Part shown: positions 57,801 through 64,000 of the stretch, piece after piece
Numbering within the stretch: the stretch's first letter is position 1
Layout of the letters: every line of letters starts with the position of its first letter
From: an uncultured Planctomycetota bacterium
GTDB taxonomy: Bacteria; Planctomycetota; Planctomycetia; Isosphaerales; Isosphaeraceae
Direction: 5' to 3'
NCBI GenBank assembly: GCA_963823665.1
Contig: CAWGMQ010000004.1
Coordinates: forward strand, 192,001 to 256,000
Length of the DNA stretch: 64,000 nt
The notes under the pieces: generated by a model
The model's input: the letters and a program-made list of their open reading frames with translations, nothing else
Database searches by the model: none
Told to the model about the DNA's origin: nothing
Program-made: the position numbers and the translations under genes

Positions 57801-58883
57801 CCCGGTTCCAACAAGCTGTCCATCCAGATAAAGGCTCAGCGTCGAGGACCCGGCGTCCGCAACCATGGCAACCGAATGCCACTGACCATCATTCACGGCC
57901 ACACTCGAGACGACCTGGTTGAATTGCCAGATATCTCCATAAAGCCTGCCGTCGGTCCCGACGTACAAGGCGGGCACCCAGCCGCTGGCCGGGTAGTTTT
58001 CCGGGCTGGCAGCTTGATATCCCAGAATCACTCCACCGCTCGTGGTCTCGAAGCTGGCCTCGATCGTCGACTCCAGATCGTTGTCGTTAATCAAATTCTC
58101 GGGCAGGCTCACGTAGGTCGATCCGTCGAACTCGAGCGAGCTGTTCGCCTGGTTGGAAAAGTCCTGGTTAGCTGTGATCTGGTTGCCAACGGAGCTTTCC
58201 CCTTCGACGTCGACGCCGGGCCCCGCGTTGAACGCGATCAGATTGCCGGCAGAAGCGGTTGACCCACCGACGGTGTTATCACCCGCCCCGTTCACGATCT
58301 GAACGCCGAAATCGTTGGCAAGCGCCTTCGAGCCGGTCGGGTCAGTGCCGATATCGTTCGCGGTGATCGTGTCACCCGTCGCACTCGCTCCGCTGATCAA
58401 AACACCCGCGCCCTGAGAAAAACCATTGATGTCCAGGCCTCGTACCGTGACATCCGAACAGAAAATGTCCAGCCCGTCGCCGCCCCCGGCCTGGCCCCCC
58501 GAAAGCTCGATCAACGGCGACCCGGTGTACCCCGGCTGCGAAAAACCGTCGATCAGCACGGACTGGGTAATCGCCGGTAGGGGCGATTGGGGCAAAATTG
58601 CCTGGACGCCCGTGCTCGCGATGTCGAATTCAATCGTGTTCGCCCCGGCGACAGCGCCGTTGGAATCAAGGATCGCCTGCCGCAGCGAGCCGGCACCGCT
58701 GTCGGCGGTCGTCGTGACCAAGAACGACGCGAGGAGCGTGCGGTCTTCCATGAAATCGAAGCCGGGCCGGAAGTGGAAGCTCATCTCGAAGGACTGGCCG
58801 GGGCGTGCAGGCCCACGACGCCGGCGGCGATGCCTTCGATCCGGAAAGCCCGCGATCCTGTTGAGTTTGTCACCGCTGGTCAT
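39893..58883 (-). CDS. Giant (~6300 aa) exported repetitive protein: ~8 beta-helix-type modules (6 with LamG-like inserts) and FG-GAP repeats; one frameshift near 55911
   Basis: FMEDRTLLA planctomycete extracellular motif; [16 protein letters not shown] every ~2 kb; DGRWHQVAL...GQIxDVRIW LamG motifs; [12 protein letters not shown] repeats. ORFs 55893..58883 and 39893..56035 join at [14 protein letters not shown]. Confidence 0.9.
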
Positions 58884-61800
58884 CGCCGCCTCCAGGGGTC
58901 ACGTTCGCCTGAAAGTCGAAGTCGCTCGCGCGCAGCCGTCGGCGCAGCACGTTCATGGCCGGGTCGCGCTCGCCTTGCAAGATCTCGCGCCAGAACTTCG
59001 CGCGCTCGCTCGCCGGAAGCCTCTTCAGTGCTTCGCGCAAGAGCGCCGTGCCGCGGTCCTGATACTGCTCGACCTGGCTGATCGACGCCCGCCCCTTGGT
59101 ACGCACCTGGGCACCGGCAACCGCAGCGGCTCGCGCGTAGATCCTTGCGGTGCCATAGAGACGCTCGGCCGTGAAGCCGCCCAGACCAAGCGCCCTCTCC
59201 GCGTCCGCGACGGCCTCGGAATGCCGGCCGGGCAGCCGCACCAGCGCGGCTGCCCGGCCGGAGAGAGCATCGGCGTTCGCTGGGTCCAGACGCAGGGCTA
59301 GGTCGAAGTCGGGCAAGGCCAGCTTCGGAGAGTCTGAGACCAGGTAGAGCCTGCCGCGCTCGAGATACAAACCCGCCCGGCCAGGCTCGAGCGCGATCGC
59401 CTGAGTGTGATCCTCGACCCCGCCGGCGATGTTCCCCAGCCCGGCCCGCGCCAGCCCGCGCAGCTCGTAAACCGCGGCTGACTTCTTCTCCGCGGCCAGG
59501 AGCGCATCGCAAGACTGGATCACTTCGTCGTATCGCTTCAAGTCCAGCAGCACCTGAATCCGTAGCATGTTCGCATCCGGATAGACGCGGTCTACTTTCA
59601 AGGCCGCCTCGGAAGCCGAAAGGGCCTCGCTCAACCGATGCTCGTCGTACAGCAGCTTTGCCCGCAGCGTGTGATCGCGTGCTAGAACGGAATTGGCCGG
59701 GTTCTCCAGCCGGATCGCGTGATCCAGGTCCGAGAGCGCCTTCGCGCGTTGAAGAGCGGTCGCCACCTTCCGGTCCAGCACCGCGTCCGCTCGCGCGCGG
59801 TACAGTGCCGCTTTGCCCGGCTCGAGCGCAATCGCCCGGCTAAGCTGCTCGATCGCCTCGTCCGGTTTGTGCTGCCGCCGGTATACCGCCGCCAGCCCCT
59901 CAAACGCCTGCGATCGGCTCGCGTCCAGCCCGATTGCGGCCTGAAAATCGGCCGATGCCTTTTCCCAGTCGGTATGCTGAACAAAAAGATTTCCCCGATT
60001 CACCAGAAGCACCCAGCGCAGCAGGTTGTCCGGCTTCTGCGCGAGCGCCTCGAGCACCCGGTCGTAATCGTCGAGTGCGAACTGAAAGTGCTCGTCGTTC
60101 CCGTCCTTCGCGGCCCTCGCAGCAAGCTGCATCGAGGCCAGGCCGCGCCAGACGTACAGCCAGGCATTATCGGGTTCGCTCCGGATGCACTCGCTCAGCC
60201 GATCCCAGGCAAGCTGGTGCTGCCCGAGATGCAACGCGCAATGTGCGGACAGGCATCGCGCCCAGAAATGATCAGGCTGCCGTATCCGAGTGAATTCGAA
60301 ATGTCGGTTCGCCGACGCATAGGCCCCGCGCAGGAAGTCCTCGCGGCCGGCGAGGAAATGGTCGATCGGAGTTGCCAGCGGTTGGGCGTCGGCCACCTGC
60401 CGCTCTTTTTCGGCCCCGGACCCATCGCCCGTCTTGGAGAGGTAAAAGGCACGCCGCAGATGATACGTCTTGTCCGGCGTGTGCAACGTGGCCGCCCGAT
60501 CCAGCACGCGCAGACTCTCGGCGGGTTCTTCGACCGCTTCGGCCAGGATCAGCAGAAGCTCATAGCAACCTTCCCTGATCCGCTCCTTCTCTTCAGCCGA
60601 AAAGCTCGGCGGCAGTGTTTCAAGCGCCCAGGAATCGGGAGTCGTCCTTGTGGCAAAGACATCCAGAGCCGCGCGCGCCGCCCGGCGGGTCGATTCGCGG
60701 CTTGTGGATAGCACGGGCCCGGTGAACCCCGTGTCATGAGTGAAGGCCAGTTGCCTGCCGCGCAAGAATTCGCCCAGGCGTTCGCGGTCCTTGGTACGCG
60801 AACGCCGCTCGGCAAGCCGCTCGTCAATCTGCTCGCGCAGACCCTGGGCACGAAGCTTCAGGTCGCGTTGCTTGGCGGGTCGTGCCTCGATATTCTTGAG
60901 TACCGCCTCCAGGCTCCCGCGAGCCTTTTCCAGATCACGCCCCATCTCCGCCTGTGCCTCAAAGATCGCGTCGGAATTGGTCTGGTGAGCGATGGCAAGC
61001 TGCTGGGAGCTGTACCGCTCGTAACCGACAAGTAAGCCGATCCCACATGCAACAGCCGCCGTGCCCCCGAAGAGAGATGAAGCCTTGAACGGGTGCCGCC
61101 GCGCCCACTTCGCCCCGCGCTCCCAGAACGGCGTCGGCCGCGCCTTGATCGGTTCTCCGTTCAAGTACCGCCGCAGATCATTCGCCAGCGCCTGGGCCGA
61201 GGCGTAGCGCTTGTGCGGCTCTTTGTTCAAACACTTGAGGCTGATCGTCTCCAGGTCGCGCGGCAGCCGCGGCACCAGCCGCGAGGGCGCCACAGGCTCG
61301 TCATCGATTACCTGCCGGATGGTTTCGATCGGCGTCTCTCCCTTGAAAGGCGGCCGCCCCGTCAGCATTTCATAAAGGATGGCCCCGAGCGCATACACGT
61401 CGGCCGCCGGCCCGATGTTGCGCGTGTGCCCCCGCGCCTGCTCGGGCGCCATGTAGCTCGGCGAGCCCATCACCTGCCCGGTCTCGGTGTGCATGTCGTC
61501 TGATTCAAGCCGCTTGGCCAGCCCGAAGTCGGTGACTTTGAGCACTCCGTCCGCCGCAAACAACACGTTCGATGGCTTCAAGTCGCGGTGAATGATGCCG
61601 GCCTCGTGCGCGGCGACGATAGCCTGCGCCAGCGTCTCGAGCAGCTCCGCCGAAAGTCGCCCAGCCTGCGGCGTGCCCCCCAGCCGGTCTGTCAGACTGC
61701 CCCCCTCAAGCAGCTCCAATGTGACATAGGGCGAGCCGTCGACTTCGCCAATGTCGTAGATCTGAATGATGTTGAGGTGTCGGAGCCGAGCAACCGCTTC

Positions 61801-62319
61801 GGCCTCGATCGAAAACCTCAGCAGGTGTTCGGGCTTCGCCTGGCCTCCGCCCCGAATCATCTTCAAGGCAACCAGCCGGTTGAGCCCCACCTGCCGCGCC
61901 TTGAAGACCACCCCCATGCCGCCTTCACCGAGCCGGTCGACAATCTCATAGCCGGGGACCGCGGGCCAATCGTTCCGGCCGGTCGACGTTTTGAATCCAA
62001 GCGAGCCGCCGCCACGCCCGCTCGAGGTCAACGTTCGAGCCATACCCGGCGGCGAAAGATCACCCGTCTGGTCGTCCGTACTTCCTCGTGCCGGATCCGC
62101 TTCGTCGCTTCCTTCCTCGATCTCCAGTTCCCCCACACCCGCCGGGTCGGCCATGGTCGATTTCCAACCCTGCCCACGAGTGATGTTCTCCAGCAGCTCC
62201 TGGCAGCTCAGGCAGATCTCGATGTGGATTACAACCTCTTCGAGCTCCGGCCCTTCAAGGCACTCGTCGAGCAACCCCTGAATCGAATCCCGGCTGGGGC
62301 AAACGCTCATGGAAGTCAT
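58870..62319 (-). CDS. Hanks-type Ser/Thr kinase with N-terminal HxxxCxxC motif, TM helix and C-terminal TPRs
   Basis: LGEGGMGVV, VALK, HRDLKPSN, DFG, YMAPE; HIEICLSC; TPR-like helices. Confidence 0.95.
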   Translation of the reverse strand: MTSMSVCPSRDSIQGLLDECLEGPELEEVVIHIEICLSCQELLENITRGQGWKSTMADPAGVGELEIEEGSDEADPARGSTDDQTGDLSPPGMARTLTSSGRGGGSLGFKTSTGRNDWPAVPGYEIVDRLGEGGMGVVFKARQVGLNRLVALKMIRGGGQAKPEHLLRFSIEAEAVARLRHLNIIQIYDIGEVDGSPYVTLELLEGGSLTDRLGGTPQAGRLSAELLETLAQAIVAAHEAGIIHRDLKPSNVLFAADGVLKVTDFGLAKRLESDDMHTETGQVMGSPSYMAPEQARGHTRNIGPAADVYALGAILYEMLTGRPPFKGETPIETIRQVIDDEPVAPSRLVPRLPRDLETISLKCLNKEPHKRYASAQALANDLRRYLNGEPIKARPTPFWERGAKWARRHPFKASSLFGGTAAVACGIGLLVGYERYSSQQLAIAHQTNSDAIFEAQAEMGRDLEKARGSLEAVLKNIEARPAKQRDLKLRAQGLREQIDERLAERRSRTKDRERLGEFLRGRQLAFTHDTGFTGPVLSTSRESTRRAARAALDVFATRTTPDSWALETLPPSFSAEEKERIREGCYELLLILAEAVEEPAESLRVLDRAATLHTPDKTYHLRRAFYLSKTGDGSGAEKERQVADAQPLATPIDHFLAGREDFLRGAYASANRHFEFTRIRQPDHFWARCLSAHCALHLGQHQLAWDRLSECIRSEPDNAWLYVWRGLASMQLAARAAKDGNDEHFQFALDDYDRVLEALAQKPDNLLRWVLLVNRGNLFVQHTDWEKASADFQAAIGLDASRSQAFEGLAAVYRRQHKPDEAIEQLSRAIALEPGKAALYRARADAVLDRKVATALQRAKALSDLDHAIRLENPANSVLARDHTLRAKLLYDEHRLSEALSASEAALKVDRVYPDANMLRIQVLLDLKRYDEVIQSCDALLAAEKKSAAVYELRGLARAGLGNIAGGVEDHTQAIALEPGRAGLYLERGRLYLVSDSPKLALPDFDLALRLDPANADALSGRAAALVRLPGRHSEAVADAERALGLGGFTAERLYGTARIYARAAAVAGAQVRTKGRASISQVEQYQDRGTALLREALKRLPASERAKFWREILQGERDPAMNVLRRRLRASDFDFQANVTPGGGDDQR

Positions 62320-62587
62320 TCCTTGATGAGTCTTCTCAATCGATCGATCGATCGCATCACCGGCAAAAATGGGTGCTCACTCACAGTACATGCTTTGAGC
62401 GCCGACCTAACACTCCTTTCCTCCTCATTCATCCAAATTGCCAAAAGCACGTCCGCGCCAGCCAACTTAGGCGTCGCACCCCGCGCAAGCCGCAGCCGAT
62501 CTTTCCCCCCCTTGCAAAGCGGGGCCAGGGGGGGTGAACGCCGTCCCACGCCAGTGATCCGCTCGAACCACCAGCTCCCACGTTCGC

Positions 62588-63017
62588 TCACGGCCCCCGC
62601 ACATCGTGCGGCGGCACGGCTTCCCCCGATGTCGACGAAGTCGCCCCACCGTTCGTCACCCGCGCATTCAACCTCGCCAAGCGCTCCTGCGCCTCCTTCT
62701 TCGCACGTTCGCCTCTTTGATCTCCTCGTTGTCGGCAGCGTCGATCTGGCCCTGAGTGAGTTCCAGGTACGCGCCCCTCACCCGATCCATGTCCGCCGCC
62801 AAGAACAGGTTGGCATTCAACAAAAACTCCTCTCCCCTCCTTTTTTTGCCCAATCCGGCCCGTTTCCAAAAAAAGTCTGTCCCCGCGCCCGCATAATCGG
62901 ACCTGGCAGTGCACAGCCGGCATCCGCCGGACCAGATTGCGCGGCCGTCGTGCCGGCCATGTCCCGATCAGCGCAGCCCTTCAGCGATTCAACCAAGCAG
63001 GCCAATGCGAGCGCCAT
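62588..63017 (-). CDS. Possible hypothetical gene broken by frameshifts
   Basis: Three overlapping short ORFs can be joined (...GPDWAKK/RGEEFLLNANLFLAADMDRV.../ERAKKEAQERLARL). Confidence 0.3.
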
Positions 63018-63029
63018 CGCTCCACCTCA

Positions 63030-63130
63030 ATGTCGCCCAGCGCTCCGCGATGGGATTCAGTCTCCTCCATTGTCGCCCTTCGCTTCACGAAGGGATTCAG
63101 TCTCCCCATTGTCGCCCAGCGCTCCGCGAA
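63030..63130 (+). repeat. Three ~39-bp tandem REP-like units
   Basis: TGTCGCCC..CGCTYCRCGAWG(G)GATTCAGTCTCC repeated. Confidence 0.8.
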
Positions 63131-63390
63131 GATCGCTCTTGAAGTCGAAGGGCTTCGAAATTGCCAGAGGCGTTCTTCCACTCAATCGCGTTGCAACAGA
63201 GCCGAATTTACATCTCGTCGGTCTGAGGCGGAGCCTCGTTAGCCTTATGTCGAAATCAGAGTTCGCCACTTTCTCCGCCAAACCGTGGCCTATCCTGGAG
63301 TTAGTCACACACCATCGACGTGGATCCCGACGGGGCGGTCGTTTCACCGCGACTGTCTGCGCGAACTCTCCGAATTCTCATCACAAAGAT

Positions 63391-64000
63391 ATGAAACACG
63401 AATCCAACGCTGCAGGACCGGCGAAGTCACCCTCGCGCCGGCTCGGTGTCCTTTACGTTGCGTCGTTCAGCATCATCGCCGTCATCTCGGCCGTTAACCA
63501 GGCCTTTGCTCTCAAGGAGCTCGCCTGGCAAAGCAGGGCAACCGCAAACGCCAGTGCAGTCGCAAGCGACCGGGCGCTCGGCCGCCCATTAAGTTTGGCT
63601 GCGCTGGCACTTCTGACGGCAACCGACCCCGCCGAGCGCCGCGAGCTCGCAACATCACTTCGCAGCGCGATCCAGGAAAGCTCGCAGGGCATGCCTCGGA
63701 CCGTCTCTGCACGCGGCCGCCTCGAATCTGCCGGGGCACACAAGCGCACGACGGCCTCGGACAACCAGATGTTGCAGCTTTCTGAAAGCCACCGTCTCGC
63801 GGCAACTCTGTCGGCCGAGACGCTTCTGTCCCTCTACGACCAGAACTCTGCGGCGCCATCGCAACCGGCGGAAGCAGCTCCGCACGTTCGTCGCATCATC
63901 GAAGAAGAAGAGGCGGCAAGCCACGCTCTTGCCGAAGCCGCGCGGGGTTACGGCGCTCAGGCTGCCATCCATTTCGATCGCTTCAACACGTTCGAGCTCA
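63391..64000 (+). CDS. N-terminus of a membrane-bound sensor (PilJ/NarX-like four-helix periplasmic domain); runs off the window end
   Basis: Manual translation MKHESN...RRLGVLYVASFSIIAVISAVNQ...DRALGRPLSLAALALL..., open to the end; not in the ORF track. Confidence 0.55.
   Translation, partial: MKHESNAAGPAKSPSRRLGVLYVASFSIIAVISAVNQAFALKELAWQSRATANASAVASDRALGRPLSLAALALLTATDPAERRELATSLRSAIQESSQGMPRTVSARGRLESAGAHKRTTASDNQMLQLSESHRLAATLSAETLLSLYDQNSAAPSQPAEAAPHVRRIIEEEEAASHALAEAARGYGAQAAIHFDRFNTFEL

Overview
High-GC window, most likely from a planctomycete (Isosphaeraceae/Singulisphaera-like; inferred from the gene families, N-terminal motifs and repeat types). It has four parts. (1) 1-3756: a Gld-type ABC transporter and tRNA-Arg(ACG). 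(2) ~3.8-25.1 kb, directly after the tRNA: an accessory island without a visible integrase. It holds 11 co-oriented membrane-anchored leucine-rich-repeat (LRR) gene copies plus 2 fragments, which share a constant N-terminal leader and in most cases the same promoter/5'UTR head and 3' junction motif, but carry 1-11 very different 24-aa repeats. Interleaved with these is a repeated module [REP-like repeats - wHTH-like gene - VARIABLE membrane cargo gene - 'MGWKTING' gene], an AbiEi/AbiEii type IV TA pair, and many REP-like repeats located at gene breakpoints. (3) 25.2-39.2 kb: housekeeping and accessory genes (three Uma2 genes, Spy/CpxP, SDR, AhpD-like, ECF sigma, ABC-2 permease fusion, aquaporin, tadA, tRNA-Ser(CGA), clpX). 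(4) 39.2-62.3 kb: a minus-strand unit of a TPR Ser/Thr kinase, a ~6300-aa repetitive surface protein (beta-helix/LamG modules plus FG-GAP) and an ECF sigma. The best candidate for an undescribed system is the cassette-like variable LRR repertoire together with the swappable-cargo module. Small indels break many genes, including the normally essential tadA, so some pseudogene calls may be assembly errors. All calls come from reading the sequence; no database searches were run.
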